Counted from the whole stretch's first letter, positions 34,254-48,135 are shown. The stretch: DNA of 63,121 bases, filler included, from Rhabdomonas costata (GCA_019059605.1; 57 parts of 57 records of this genome joined end to end with filler, not necessarily neighbours in it), one strand, 5' to 3'. Notes: a model not told the origin generated them from the letters alone. Made by a program: numbers and translations.

Positions 34254-37200
34254 CTACGGGGAAAGGCCACCTCTCCACATCTCCCCTCCCTCTCTCCCCC
34301 CACAACCNNNNNNNNNNNNNNNNNNNNNNNNNNNNNNNNNNNNNNNNNNNNTTAATTAATTAANNNNNNNNNNNNNNNNNNNNNNNNNNNNNNNNNNNNN
34401 NNNNNNNGGTTGGGTGTGTCCTTCCAGAGTAGTTTTCCTCAGATCAGCGGTACGCTTCGCTGCTCATGTCATTCTTGTTTGATGGCGGATACCGAGATCA
34501 GAGTGAATGATGCAAAAACCTACAACACGTAGCAGTCCATCCGGCTAGCATAGTATATTGGGCACAACGGCTAACACTGGCGCAACAAACAACATAAAGC
34601 TGTAGGATACGAACAGCATCGTGATTTTGCACTCAGTTTTTGCACTCGCAAAACTTTTTGGGTCTTTCTTCCTTAGTCGTTTCAAGGGGTGGGAATCTCT
34701 GAGGACCGTTTTTGCGGGCGTTGAACCGCCCAAGATTAAGCATCCTCTTCTTCTTCCTCCAACCCCGAGGACGCCCCGTGTGACCCGACGATCGCGGTTC
34801 ACTGTGAAGTGTTTTGCCCATTTGCTTCATTTTGTTACCATCGAAGGACCTTCCTTCCTTCGCAGGCTGGAAAGCACAGTCTCAAGGCAGGAAGAATGCG
34901 TTGTGTCGAAGAGGTAAGCGTCGACGATACCCGGGCAACATATACAAAGCGCAACTGTCCCTAAGTCTAAGAAGAGAGCCAGCGATCACCGAGGCAGTCT
35001 TTAGGTCCTTGATTAGAGGGGTCAAACACCCGGCGTACACCCTGGTCAGCATTAGGGCGGTTCCCTTCACCACGGCGGCACGCAGGCACTTCCACGCTTG
35101 GGCAGAACTTCGGCCACCATCCTGCAAGCTTTTTTTGCTTTTGAGGTTATATACACTGTCCCAGTCACCCAAACCAAAAGACGCTGTTTGGTGATGTAAA
35201 TTCATTGTGCTGAGCTAAGTGCAAGCATTGAACCTCCCCCTTTGCCTTCGCTGCATTTCCAACAGGGCACTTTGCAGGCTTGCATACTGAGCCGAAGCAT
35301 TCCAACCGGAGCGCTCAGCCACCTATAGGGAAGCCTGTCAACGAACCTTGGGCCACTCGACAACCGTAATTCCTGTCATTTGACCAACACCCCTCAATGT
35401 GCCAACAACCCNNNNNNNNNNNNNNNNNNNNNNNNNNNNNNNNNNNNNNNNNNNNTTAATTAATTAANNNNNNNNNNNNNNNNNNNNNNNNNNNNNNNNN
35501 NNNNNNNNNNNGCAACACTACATTTGCGCTTCCACGGCTAACCACAACGTTTTTCCGTGTGTGCTATCGTTATCAGTGGAGAGTTTGTTTTGCAAATCCT
35601 GCTGCAGAGTAGTCAAGCACACAAGCCAAAACATGGTTCTTGACCAAACATCTGTGGTATGTACTTTTAATAGGTCTTTATAAAATAATGTTTCCAAATA
35701 TACTTTTCCCAAACTATTTCTCTCGTAATGAAGTGATCTGTCTAATCAACGTCACAATTTTCAAGGAAGTAGCTGCGCTACCATAGAATACCAAGTGCGC
35801 ATCCTGCAGATTGGCTCTTATCAATGGGTAGCACGACCACATGCATTTACATGTGTTCGATGAATGGAACTGGACCAGCGGATCATGGTCATTCAAGAGA
35901 GATCTTGCCACAAGCTGGGAAACACCATCAAAAACTGTGATTGGTCCGATGTATACTCTCTTTTTTCCTGGTAAACGTCGAGCTACACGTCGCCGTCTGC
36001 AACAAATGCGCCGATGATCCGTGAAACACTCCTTTCTTGAGTGTGGTTTGGCCACAGCAACTTCAGTTCAAATCTCCAGGAGCGATGGTTTTGGTTTGGA
36101 TGGATGTGCTCTGTCCCATTGCACGCCCAGTTCGTAAAAGCAATGAGACTCAACATGCGGCATGACTGCACACCATGGAATGCAAAGTATCACACTGTCT
36201 GTCTGGATTGCAACCAGTCATGTCCACGCTCTCACGTTATATCACCCGGTGCCATCCGATCGCATGACTGGCAACACATTCATGGGCCGGCAGTCTTGGG
36301 AAACAGTATCGTTGATGCAGTGATTGCCAATCGTAAGGAACTTCACCCTTTCTTAGAGCTTCCTTGCAAAATAAAAACTCCGCCAAGGTGTCGCGAGGCA
36401 AGGAACTGGAATTTTAGCGCAAAAGAAGTGGCCATGGTTAGTGCTGAAGACTTTTTAACAAAGCCTCCAAGTATTCCAGTTTCTGAAAACAAGCGTCCGG
36501 CTGCAGGAGCAGCTCGTTCGANNNNNNNNNNNNNNNNNNNNNNNNNNNNNNNNNNNNNNNNNNNNTTAATTAATTAANNNNNNNNNNNNNNNNNNNNNNN
36601 NNNNNNNNNNNNNNNNNNNNNGTGTTTGGGTTGCAGAAAGGGCGGTGTACATTTGGGGGTGGTAAAGGTGAGGGGCGCTTGTTTCGCCGCGTTCGAGGAT
36701 AATTATGAAGCGCAAGGTACTTCAGCGGACTCTCAGAAAATCTCGCGTGGTCGTTGATGCTGCAATATAGCCTCCACAATTTGGTTCTCAACGCAGGTTG
36801 CAGCTTTTGCCCTATGTCTTGAGTAACGCAACTGCAAGTTGTCAATTCATTGCCAGAAACGTCGGAGTTGCTTTAAAATTATGCATATATATCAAGAAAA
36901 TGAAGAAACAGACAGCGTTAGGCGGGTTGCGACCCACCCCAACAACAACAACAACAACTGCACCAACACCAGAACCAGTAGGTCCACATGCCATGTGTCC
37001 GAACATGTACCCGAAAACTTGTAATAAAAATGATAGAAAACCAGGGAACTGAGCTGAGTGCTCGAGACGCCGAACAAAAACATGCGTGGGTACGACGCCC
37101 AAGCAAGACCAACCTTGACTGTCTTCATGAGAGAGCCTCTTGCCCAGGGAATAGCATCCTTGTAAGGGCTTTTCTGCTTCCGCCAGAATCAGGGCGACCT

Positions 37201-37531
37201 GAAAGAAGGCAACCAAGGAGACCTAAACGACGAGAAACGCCGAGAAAAGCATCCGAGGGAAAAACCTCGAACAAAGGACCGAAAGGTCAGATCGGCCAAA
37301 AACTTCTCGCACACCAGAGAGTAATGGTTGAAACAAAAGAATCACAGCGTAAAAAAGGGATGGGGAAACGCAGCCTGCCCCACACCCATATCAACAGAAC
37401 TGTTCAAACTGTTTAGTTTCGTCTTTCTGAAAACTCCAGAACAATGCTGGACAAAGGGCAGCGCAGAAGAAAATGCAGAGAAAAAGAAACATCCGCAGAA
37501 TTAGGTTAAACCACAGCAGAGAAGGCAACAC

Positions 37532-37629
37532 CGGAAAAAACTGGTAGTCATAGCGGGTCTTCTCCATCACCTCCTCGTCTACAAGAACGTCAACCTCCGC
37601 AGCCTTACACAACTGGCACAGCACACTCG
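37532..37629 (-). CDS. Probable C-terminal exon fragment of a class III cyclase domain
   Basis: VLCQLCKAAEVDVLVDEEVMEKTRYDYQFFP resembles the L..L.K....IL.SE.V segment after the N..R helix. Confidence 0.4.
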
Positions 37630-40600
37630 NNNNNNNNNNNNNNNNNNNNNNNNNNNNNNNNNNNNNNNNNNNNTTAATTAATTAANNNNNNNNNNNNNNN
37701 NNNNNNNNNNNNNNNNNNNNNNNNNNNNNGTGGTGGGTGTGTGTGGGGGGGTTGGCACGTTTCTAGAGAGAGCGTCTGGACAAAGGAGAAATGCAAACAA
37801 TTGAAAGACACATCCAAGGTATGCGCTTATCCTGCGGTCAATCGCACCGATGCGTGTAGAAGCGACCAACCCCCGGCCCGACAAAATTGGGCAAACGAGT
37901 TCCGGAGGTCAATTCCATGCCTCAGCCGCATCGACCCCTCCACCGCTCTAACTGAGCACAGCAAACCGAGTGAAAGAGCATTATATCGAAATGAAAATAG
38001 GGGTCAGGAAATGGCAATCCTGAAATGGGACCCCACCGAAGTTTCTACGGGCCTTCCCGACTTCCAAGTGCACTATTCTCCGTGCAATTTTCCTTGAAGG
38101 AACCGACGAGTCCCCAGCATCGGTTTTCCCGAAGCCCCGATTTCGCTATCGCTTTCGCTTGCGCAGCTGCAGTCTCTCCTCTCTCCCGGCGCCGCCCTAG
38201 GAGAAGAAGAAAGTAAAACTACAGCGCCGTATTCGATGTACAAAAACCCAGAGCAGCGCCTCCAAGGGAGTGGCTACGCTGAATGTCACACGTCAAGGGT
38301 CAGCAAATAATGCGGGAGGAGGTCTGCGTGTGCGATCGTGTTTTATTATGGGGTGGCAGGGGATGGACGGAATTTCCGCGTTCACGTAACCAAACCCCGG
38401 CATGTAGCAGAGCCTTCGCTCTTAGGCAGGGGCACACCACCCCGCCAGTGTACCTGTGAGGCATCGGGGACAGGCGGGGAAGTGAGTCGGAAGTGGGTGC
38501 GAAAATACTCAGACGGAGCGACCAAGCACACAAAGAATACGAATCGTTTGAATCAGGAATCAGGACCTACGTGTGCCAAACAGAGGCTCAACCTCGCAGG
38601 GCACGCCTAGCTCCCAGACGCAAGGCGTGAATATGCAGCAAAACCTTTGGCAATCAACTTCGAATATAGATAGGGACACTGCTCACTGCACCCCCTCCCT
38701 CCCGGCAGTTACCAGGTCACGTCGTACATCGCTNNNNNNNNNNNNNNNNNNNNNNNNNNNNNNNNNNNNNNNNNNNNTTAATTAATTAANNNNNNNNNNN
38801 NNNNNNNNNNNNNNNNNNNNNNNNNNNNNNNNNTTGGTGACGGTGTCGCTGTCGCGGCTGGCGGAAGGGATGGACCTGCTGGTATTGCTCCTCCCCTCCC
38901 GGAGCTTCCTCGCGTGGTGTTCTTTTCATTTTTCATTTCGCTTTTTTTTCGCTGGATGTTTCATCCTTTTTTTTCCGTTTGTCATACTGCTCTGGTGTGA
39001 CTGCGTACCTTTGTCATTTCGGTTATCCTGTGCTTCGTATGTTTTGGGCATGGGGCGTTATCGTGAGTGTTTCTAAGTGGTCATGTCCCGCTAAGAAGTG
39101 GGCAGTTGAGTCTCACGAGGGCACTTGAGAGTAGGAGCACGGCAGAGCCGTTCTGCACCACCTGATGCGGATTTTTTGTGGGGGGGCAATACCAAGGGAA
39201 GATCAGTTCGAATTCGACACTTGGCAAGGATCCGAAACAATACGTGTACTGAACATTCGTCGTTGAAACTGAGCTCCTCCACCAGGACGGACAAGGAGTC
39301 CAAGGGCTTCGCTTGGGGGCGTGGTTTCGCCCTCTGCCACAGTTGGAAACTGCCAGTTAATGAGTGGCTACTTTGGGTCCAAGGCGTTGGCAGTGCCGTG
39401 ACCGCATCGGCCTGTGCGCTCCAGTCCAGGGGTTCAGTAGATTCAGGGCAAGGCGCCCTCCTTCTATTGGCTGGGCTTCGTCGTGACCTGCCCCGAGAAT
39501 TCTGCCTTCCCCTAACAACTGCGTTCTTTTGCTTCACTGTCTGGTCTGTGGGCCTTTGGTCTGCTGAACCGTTACGGGTTGGCACCCCGTTTGTTCGGGC
39601 ATGCCAACAGTTCGTTCTTCTATAGATATTTGACAACTTGCATTCCCGCAAAAGAAGGAGCAAAAGAAGCATGTCAATAAGCTGGAGAGAACTACAGATA
39701 CAGACAAATTCTTCGTTCCAGGGAGAGGTGCGTGGACTCTCACGGATCCATTGAACGGAATATTGAAAGGAGATAAAAATGATGGCAGGCCGTTCAATGG
39801 ATCCGTGAGAGTCCACACACCCACCAAACACACCCACCACNNNNNNNNNNNNNNNNNNNNNNNNNNNNNNNNNNNNNNNNNNNNTTAATTAATTAANNNN
39901 NNNNNNNNNNNNNNNNNNNNNNNNNNNNNNNNNNNNNNNNGGTTTGTTTGGGGCCACTCTGGGGACAAGGGGGACCACCCGACGGGTGGCGACACAGTCC
40001 CCCGGCCGAAGGTACGGCGAGGGGTCAGAGCGGAACGTGGAGCCCGAGAATGCAATCAGAGGCGCGCGAGACATGGAGGAGCGCAGTGTGGAGAGGGAAG
40101 GCGCAGAGTTTCAACCACTTCAAAGAGGCGTTGAGGCAAACAGACAAACCCATCCACACACCACAGACAGCATGACGGTACCGATGCAGCTGCAGTGGGA
40201 AGAAGACAACTGTGGCGCGATCCACTCCAACGCTGAACGCTTGAATTCTTTTTGTGAGCAGCCCTTCAGCGGTGCCAATTCCAGGTGCAAAACCAGGCTC
40301 ATGGCGAGTTCATCAGCAACCAATCGCCAAGATGGACCCCAATCGTGCAGCTTCCTCGAATTTAGCGTGAATACCCATACTTGGATGATAAGTCCCCAAC
40401 AATTGGTGAAATAAGCAGAATACGGGCGACTTTAAGTCAATGCCGTGGCGAATAGCAATAGCTACAGCGACACGCAAGTCTCAGTCGGCGCCAAAAGCAT
40501 GTTTATAATGGCTTCCTTTTTTCCCGTATGTGGAAGAAAAAATCTCACTTTAAGAGAGATCATTTTGGATTGCATCGTTACCCACCAGAAAACAACATTT

Positions 40601-41070
40601 CCGCGGTGGTGACCCACTCACAACTCATCATCCATAAAAAGTCAAAATGCTGACTGCTCTTGTGGCCCACCTTGGCGTCGTTCAGAAAGACACTCCACAC
40701 CGTGCACAAGAGTCAGGGCCTTTGACGAGGGGCAACGCCCACAGGCCACCAGGCCGCGCGTAGGACTCACATTCATCGGGTCCGCTTCCAGGACGGAGCA
40801 TCACTGCCCCCCGAAGGTGTCCAATATATGACGTCCAGGACAGTCTCAATGAACTGCGCAAACTCCGGAATGCGCGCACGAGCCTAAGCAAGTGATCCCC
40901 AGCTTCCGATACGGCAAAAAAAAAACTAGATGTTGAGCATGACCAACCGNNNNNNNNNNNNNNNNNNNNNNNNNNNNNNNNNNNNNNNNNNNNTTAATTA
41001 ATTAANNNNNNNNNNNNNNNNNNNNNNNNNNNNNNNNNNNNNNNNNNNNGTGTGGGGTGCTGCTTCTCAG

Positions 41071-41712
41071 ACGGATGAGATCCCGCAGGCCTTCGGGGAC
41101 TGCCTTGGGGGGCTGGTCAGCGTGTGCGTGCAGAACCTGAAGCTGCGGTTTGAGACGGAGGAGGGCACCACGCTGGACGCCGTGCTGTCGTCGTACCGGA
41201 AGACGGAGGAGCGGGCGGGGCGAGCGGTGGAGCTTCGGGTGGGGGACATGATGAGCGAGGAGCACAAAGACCTTCTGTTCCGGGTCACGATGCCGAGCTG
41301 CGGTGTCTGTGTGTGTGTGTGCCTGTTTGTGTGTGTGCGCGCGCATGGAACGGGCTTTTTCCCCGCCGCTGCACGCCCTGGTGTCGGTCGGGTTTTATCC
41401 CTAGCGATATATGCAGACCCGCCTTTTGCCTTTGACAAGTGCTGGTGGAGAAAAGTGCGTTAAGCAGCTCCCGGGGGCCTTGTGAAAGATGGACCCTAAG
41501 GAATTTTGGATCTGTCCTTCATTTTTGCTGTTGCAGCCCCAACGGAGCGTTTTGCGGTAGCGAAGGTCAGCGTGAGCTACTACAGCGTACCCAGCAGCGC
41601 GATGGCCTCTACGGAGGCCGTTGTGTCTGTGAGGCGAGTGCAGCGCGGCGGATCTGCGGCGGCGCCCAACCCCCTGATCAGCCGGCAGCGCAACCGGCTG
41701 CTGGCGGCCTCG
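41071..41712 (+). CDS. vWA-domain protein, C-terminal region; exons 41071-41302 and 41537-41712
   Basis: IPQAFGDCLGGLVSVCVQNLKL...VGDMMSEEHKDLLF...ISRQRNRLLAA, typical of RING/vWA-Vwaint proteins; phase-1 GT-AG intron. Confidence 0.85.
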
Positions 41713-42758
41713 GTATATCCCGGAAGAGTTGGAAGGGGAGTTGAAGCGAAGTGGGAGGGGTAGGTTGCCAGTTCGCATTGTGGATTTGTAATTGTAGTGG
41801 AGGTGAATTTTTTTGCTTCATTACCCCGTCCCCGCGTGCTTTTGTCTTTCCCGAATGAATGCGAAGTGGTTGAAAGACACCAGCTGTTTCGGTGTGTTGT
41901 GTGTGTTTTCAGCGTTTGTCTTGAGATACTATACGAAATGAAGGTGGGTCTGCCGTTCCAGTGTTCCAGTGCCTTGCTCGCCCCCCTTCCTTACCCTTCC
42001 AAAAATGCAAGGCTCACGGGGTTAAGGGCCAAGGTTCTTCTTTCGTCCCTCCCAACCGNNNNNNNNNNNNNNNNNNNNNNNNNNNNNNNNNNNNNNNNNN
42101 NNTTAATTAATTAANNNNNNNNNNNNNNNNNNNNNNNNNNNNNNNNNNNNNNNNNNNNCGACGCCGCTGCAGCTGCAGCTCCTCCCCTGTGGCATCCTCA
42201 CCCTCAGCAGTAGCAGCAAGTGCAGCACAGCAGTGCTCAGCTGCCATCTCAGCGAAAAAGCATTTCCCAAGCAAAGCCGACACACGACAACCGAAAAAAG
42301 CACTGCAGAGAAGAAGGGAAAGAGAGAAGGAGGGAAGAGGCCAATTCTGGATACGCAAAGGAGAATACAGGAACCCAAAGAAACCCGACTGCAAAAAAAA
42401 CAATTTTGAGGGGTAACTGGGCCAGTGACAGGCAAAAGCGGCGGGGGGGGGGGGGGTGCGTTGCTGTTGCTAAATACCGTTATTAGCTGTTTCAAGGGGC
42501 CCAAACCCATGGCTACAAACGTCTTGAGTGCCCACCAGACATAAGCGCATTTCGATGACAGCTGACTGTACGAGTGGTCTGACGGTCTGGTTGTGTGAAT
42601 ACTGCCGGTGTGACACCTCTCCTGACAAACTTGAACAAAATTATACTTCATGGCAATGAAGATCACCAATGAAGCGAAGAGTACCGCGTGACGGGAAATA
42701 ACAAGCACAGGGATCTTCTTCTTTTCTTTCCACCGAAGGCTAAGTATTTCCGGGGTAC

Positions 42759-43012
42759 CCCATCAACGTCCGGATATGAGTGGAGCAGCCCAGGTTGAAC
42801 ACTGTCACGGCCTCAAAGGCCGGGGGTGGAGGCAGGCACGTCGGCGCGCCCCCACCACTCCCGCCCTGCAGCAGTGCGGACCGAAGCGTGAGCTTAAGGA
42901 GAGGCTCCCGCACAGCGGCTAAAACAATACTGGCCAGTGTCCTCCACTCCCGCTCGCCCCACCACAGCAGAGCCCCTGCCGCGGCGGCAGCGTCCCCCAA
43001 CGTACCGTTGAT
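42759..43012 (-). CDS. Internal exon of unknown protein
   Basis: ctcgtag| INGTLGDAAAAAGALLWWGEREW...HIRTLMG |gtaccc. Confidence 0.4.
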
Positions 43013-43487
43013 CTACGAGAGGCAGGGTAAAAGGCAATTCACAAAAATACAGAAAGACGCCCGTTTGTGCGGTCACGTTGTGCATCGAAGAGTGAGCTGG
43101 AGTAAAACATCCTTAATCATTCCAACGGGACAGTCATCCAAACAGCCCCCACACCAGCACACCAACCNNNNNNNNNNNNNNNNNNNNNNNNNNNNNNNNN
43201 NNNNNNNNNNNTTAATTAATTAANNNNNNNNNNNNNNNNNNNNNNNNNNNNNNNNNNNNNNNNNNNNAGAGAGATTCAGGGGACTTGTGCTGCATGCACT
43301 CTGCACTCCAGCAATCACCGGCATAACAAAGCCACCGCAATGCCCACCCCTGTGCATGCCAAGGACGCTGAATGGTCGCTGCAGTTTGTCAACACCCATT
43401 TTTTCAGGAAAGAAAATTTTTAATTTTAGAAAGTTTAGCTGCCCAATGCACTGTATGGATCCTCGTCAAAAGGGATCGCAGCCAAAC

Positions 43488-43580
43488 CTCCTCGGAGATC
43501 ATGATCGTGGTGCTGTATTTCTTGTTCAGGCCTTCCAGCCTGGAGGCCAGGTTGACGGGGTCTCCAATAATGGTGTAATC
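43488..43580 (-). CDS. Class III adenylyl cyclase catalytic exon
   Basis: DYTIIGDPVNLASRLEGLNKKYSTTIMISEE with intact N and R; ctaag| and |gtttgg boundaries. Confidence 0.92.
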
Positions 43581-44398
43581 CTTAGAAAAAAACCGCGCAA
43601 GGAACGGCAAGCAGAATTTTCCTGATGTCAAATTGAACCAGGAGGACAAGTTTTCTTGGTGATTGGGGGTGAATGTTGGTAACAAAAGATAAACAGCTGT
43701 GCCTACAAAGCGACAATGCAGACCCCCTCCCCCGAGCGAAAACGTTCTGCCGCTGCAATTCGGTGCAATCGTCAGCTCATCCTAAGCAAACGGGTTGCTC
43801 GGCACAGTCAAAAATCAGAATCACCTTCATTGATACAAACCACACAAGGACAAACCACACAAATCCTTCTCCTTACCCTGTCAGACTTGCTCTTAATACA
43901 CCCTCTTCTCATGCCTATCCCCCTGTAGCGTACTTAGCCTTGTGTTTTTGTTGCCAAGTTTTTGTTGTCGGAAGAAATTTTTTTTAAAAAAAATCAATTC
44001 AAACGAGAAAGACCATCTTTGGAGTGAGGGAACAGTCAGCGCAAAACTGCTTAACCACACCCCAGCTGAGCTGCCGTTCCCATCACCGCCTTACCCTCCG
44101 ACAATCTCGCTGTTTATCTTCTCCTGTGAAGTGCGGATCTGGGTTTCTCTCATTTCTTTCTCTCGAACCGCCCACTCCTTCCCACTATTTTTTCCATCCA
44201 TCCACGAATTCACCACCACTCTTGGTGGAGGTCTTTCTGCCTCCAGCGGGCTTCGAATACTCACCCCCCCCCCNNNNNNNNNNNNNNNNNNNNNNNNNNN
44301 NNNNNNNNNNNNNNNNNTTAATTAATTAANNNNNNNNNNNNNNNNNNNNNNNNNNNNNNNNNNNNNNNNNNNNGTGGTTTTTGGAGCACGAAGTGCCC

Positions 44399-45016
44399 GT
44401 GGGATGCATCGACGACTTCATCCGCTGCAGCATCGCGATAACCAGCGGACGGACCTTCGTCACACGGTGCACGTTGAACTGCAGGTCGACAAAGTTGGTG
44501 GTCTCCCGCAGAGAGTGGGGCCTGGACGGGTCGTTCTCAGGAACACTTTCCACGGAGTCCTTGAAGGCCTCCAGGTACATCACCATGGCAGAGGTGAGGA
44601 AGGCACAGGCCTGCTGCCACAGCTCTCCCAGGCAGAGGTAGTGCCCCACAATGTCATAGGCCACGGCGGAATTGTCGACCTATTCCACGGAAAGAAAAAA
44701 TAAGCCAAGGTAGACTTGGACAATTTTTCTGTTAAGAGGTCAGCAGCTGAAAAAACGCAGCAGGCAATGCTCTCAGGCCTCAGGCGGTGATTCGACGGAA
44801 AGTCGTGGAAGCCTGATATGATTGTGCATTCGGCAAGCAGAGACTGACGGGTAGGTGAGCGAAGGCGAAACCAACCTGAAGGTCAACGACGTACTCCGCC
44901 AGGCAGGCGTTCATCGTCATCACGGCGTCCGGGGCCATCAGCGAGAGTAGCACACTCCCGAAGCACTCCAAACTGAACTTGTACCGGGGCAGAGTTCGCC
45001 ACTGCCCCACCAGCGG
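44399..45016 (-). CDS. Two exons of unknown helical protein (45016-44876; 44679-~44399)
   Basis: Phase-0 GT-AG join ...LAEYVVDLQ-VDNSAVAYDIVGHYLCLGELWQQA... Confidence 0.55.
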
Positions 45017-46351
45017 CTGAGCAGACAATGCAAAATACAGCAATACAGCGTTCCCCTAAATAGTTGGGGTGGGATGAAGCGTCCAGTTGCGCAATGAAGG
45101 CGAGAGAAAACCTATCCTTCTGAATGTAACAAGCAGAGACCCGCATGGGTTACTGAAGGCATAAACTGAACAATTGGAGAGCACAGCGTCTGGTTCCCAC
45201 TGACAGATGCAATTCATGTGAATGTGAAATCCCAACTTGAGAGACTAGCAACCCATTAAACAACTTAACACAACACTTTCACAAAACAGGACTCTCTGCA
45301 GAAAAATGAACCCGTTTCCCAGAACAGCGGAAAATCCCCCCAGCAAAATTGTGGCATTATGCTTTTTCCAAAACGAATGAGANNNNNNNNNNNNNNNNNN
45401 NNNNNNNNNNNNNNNNNNNNNNNNNNTTAATTAATTAANNNNNNNNNNNNNNNNNNNNNNNNNNNNNNNNNNNNNNNNNNNNTTGTTGTTGGAGCAGTGA
45501 AATGGTGAGCATATTAAGGGGGAAGGGGAAGCAAGAGCAAGAACACGCGACCGCGGCAAGTAGGTAAAAAGCACGGCGCATGTATATGACACCATGGCCA
45601 GAAGAAAAGCAAAGAGAAGGAAAAGCGCAGAAAAGGCCGAACCGGAGAGGGAGAGGGAGAGAAGGCGAGGGAGAGAGAAATGAATTGGGAAGGAAAGCGA
45701 AAAGACGAAAAGCAGGACAGCATCTAGAAAGCAGCGGGGGGAGAAGGTACCGCGCACCCATATATCAGAAAGGCTTGAGGTAAGACAATGGCTTTACAAA
45801 AGGCCAAAAGGATAAATGCAATCCTCAGTGCGCGTGTGCCGTTGCGTTTGTTGAGTTTTTGAACAACTAGAATTGAAGAGATGAAGATCCAGAATATGAG
45901 GGAATTCTACAACAAGCAGATAGAGAATCAAAAGCAGAAGTTTCCGGTTTTTTTAACGCCGATTTCAAGAGGTTGAAGGTGAAACAAAAATAATGGTCAC
46001 AGCTAAAAAGCCCAACGGAGCGAGGACGAGGCAAGGTATATAGAAGTCGCGGCTACAGGACATTGATTGCGTGCACTGCCTTACTTTACCTGTTGTTCCT
46101 TAGTGCCGTTCTCTTCTTCAATCAATCTCAGGGTAGTGTCATCAGGCCAGGTAGTACGTAGGCACGATCCGTATGGGCATGCTGTAATAGGCTTAATCTG
46201 GGCTCACCTGCATGTGGGTTTCGCGTCGCACTCGGCAAGATCCGTTTTGGCATTCCTACGTCGGGTAATTTGGTTCCATGTGTGAGGCATGGTCCGTAGT
46301 GGCATGCTGACATGGTACCTGGGTCGCTAAGCTCCATCCCCTGGGTTCTGA

Positions 46352-46445
46352 GTTCGGGGTTCGGGGTTCGGGTTGGAATTTCGGCTTGGTCTTTGGTTTT
46401 CGCATTCGGGTTTACATTCGGGTTTCGCCTTTGGGTTCGGCTTTC
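46352..46445. repeat. Degenerate GGGTTC / telomere-like hexamer tract
   Basis: gttcggggttcggggttcgggttgg...ttcgggttt...tttgggttcgg. Confidence 0.6.
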
Positions 46446-46609
46446 GGCATTGGAACACATGCTCTATTTGTGTATGCTATCATGTCTTTGGNNNNNNNNN
46501 NNNNNNNNNNNNNNNNNNNNNNNNNNNNNNNNNNNTTAATTAATTAANNNNNNNNNNNNNNNNNNNNNNNNNNNNNNNNNNNNNNNNNNNNTGAGTTAGG
46601 TGTGTTTGG

Positions 46610-46905
46610 TTGTGTTGGGACGATGGAAAGATTGTAGTGCCCAGGACTCGAGAGAAGGAGGTGATTTTGAGATATCACGATTCACCAGCCGCGGGTCATT
46701 TAGGAGTGACCAGGACAGCATGGATGCTGAAGAGGATGTTTACCTTCATGAACATGAAGCGAAAAGTGATGGCGTACGTTCGGACTTGTGATATTTGCCA
46801 GAGAGGAAAGGCAGACCATCACTTGCCCATGTGACACTTGTAGAACTTAGAAATTCATGTACGAAAGTGGGAGTCGGTGTCAGTGGACTTTGTGCCGTTA
46901 CCAGA
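46610..46905 (+). mobile_element. Ty3/Gypsy integrase H2C2 zinc finger and start of core, truncated pseudogene
   Basis: YHDSPAAGHLGVTRT...VRTCDICQRGK...*..*.LEIHVRKWESVSVDFVPLP. Confidence 0.9.
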
Positions 46906-47600
46906 GAGACACGAGGCGGGCACAATTGGAACAGAGAGTGTACCAGGTAATTAAAGTCGCTGAACTGTGGAAGACCGCGGCCAATGTATTTGCACAGAAG
47001 GTGAAACAGTTGACGCAGCGAGAGCTGTCGATAAAAACCATCGTAGATGGAGCAGAGAAAGAGTTACAGAGGTTGATGGACACTTTGCAAGAATACCGGG
47101 CACTTGCAACCGATAAAGCACAGCTTCGTGAGCAACTGGGGGGCCAGTTGTTCAGCCATGCTAGAGATGTGTCGTTGCTGCAGATGGCCACCAAGCTAAT
47201 CGAGCGCTGTTCTGCAAACCTCGCCACAGAACTTGTGAGAGTGGTGGCAGTGATATTGGAGAGTTGCTTGCAGAGGAAAAACGCGGGATGTAGTGTGTGT
47301 CAGGCGGTGGAGGAATACCGGAAGGCTCAAGAGGAACTGAACGGTCTAATCGTGTGGTTGGGTGATGGAGAGGCCGAGAAAGTGGGACAGGCAGGGACAT
47401 TACCTGCAGACTGTTACTTGCAGCCTGAGGGTGATACCGCGACTCCACGAGTGCTTATGATGCAAATGGGGACGGCGGCATATGCAGTGGCGATCCCGGC
47501 AACCATTGTGAAGGTAAGTATAGAAGCTGGAAGTTCGAACATGGCAGAGTCACCCGTGTGGCAAGAACAGGAAATAGTGGATAGGCAGGCAGCACGGAGA
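46900..47600 (+). CDS. Unknown coiled-coil ORF abutting the truncated integrase (likely element-derived)
   Basis: More than 230 open codons, intronless, runs off the contig end. Confidence 0.45.
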
Positions 47601-47700
47601 NNNNNNNNNNNNNNNNNNNNNNNNNNNNNNNNNNNNNNNNNNNNTTAATTAATTAANNNNNNNNNNNNNNNNNNNNNNNNNNNNNNNNNNNNNNNNNNNN

Positions 47701-48135
47701 GAGATTCTTCCGGCGATTGTTCTGTTCTTCGTCTGGAGCGTCGGCCATATTCTTCCTATGGGAGAGTTACGGTAGCTCTCGGTGGTGCGCGAGGAACCGC
47801 AGTAGTCCAGGACTGGTTGTCAAAGTCGCCGCAGCTCGTCGCCCATGGCCCTGTCGAACGGTATGTCAAACGGTATGGCAAAAAAAAAACGAGGAACGTC
47901 TTGTTCGGTCGAAGGCTGTGACGGAAAGTACGTCCGGAGGGGGGGTCTCCACATCTGGCCCCTCGTATACCCTGGCCTAGGGTTCAGGTAGTGGAGAAAT
48001 GTCTGCAGACGGGGTTTTTCGTGCCGGTAGTCCACTTAATTCTTGTCGAGTATGTAGTGCAGGTTGTTGTGGGTCAGGGCGAGGAAGTGGGCAAAAAGCA
48101 CTCACTGGTACTTGGAAGGCCTCTTGCACGAGCTG
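47701..48135 (-). pseudogene. Decayed ORF, possibly the C-terminal RT region of a Penelope-like element
   Basis: One frame with 3 stops: ...RLQTFLHYLNPRPGY...FAIPFD...ELRRL*...TLQTKNRTIAGRI; resemblance only. Confidence 0.25.

Noticed and set aside
35512-36521. Frames interrupted mostly by TGA, suggesting a variant genetic code
   Set aside because: No recognisable protein in any frame to anchor readthrough; TGA is a plausible true stop in the RRM gene (26774)
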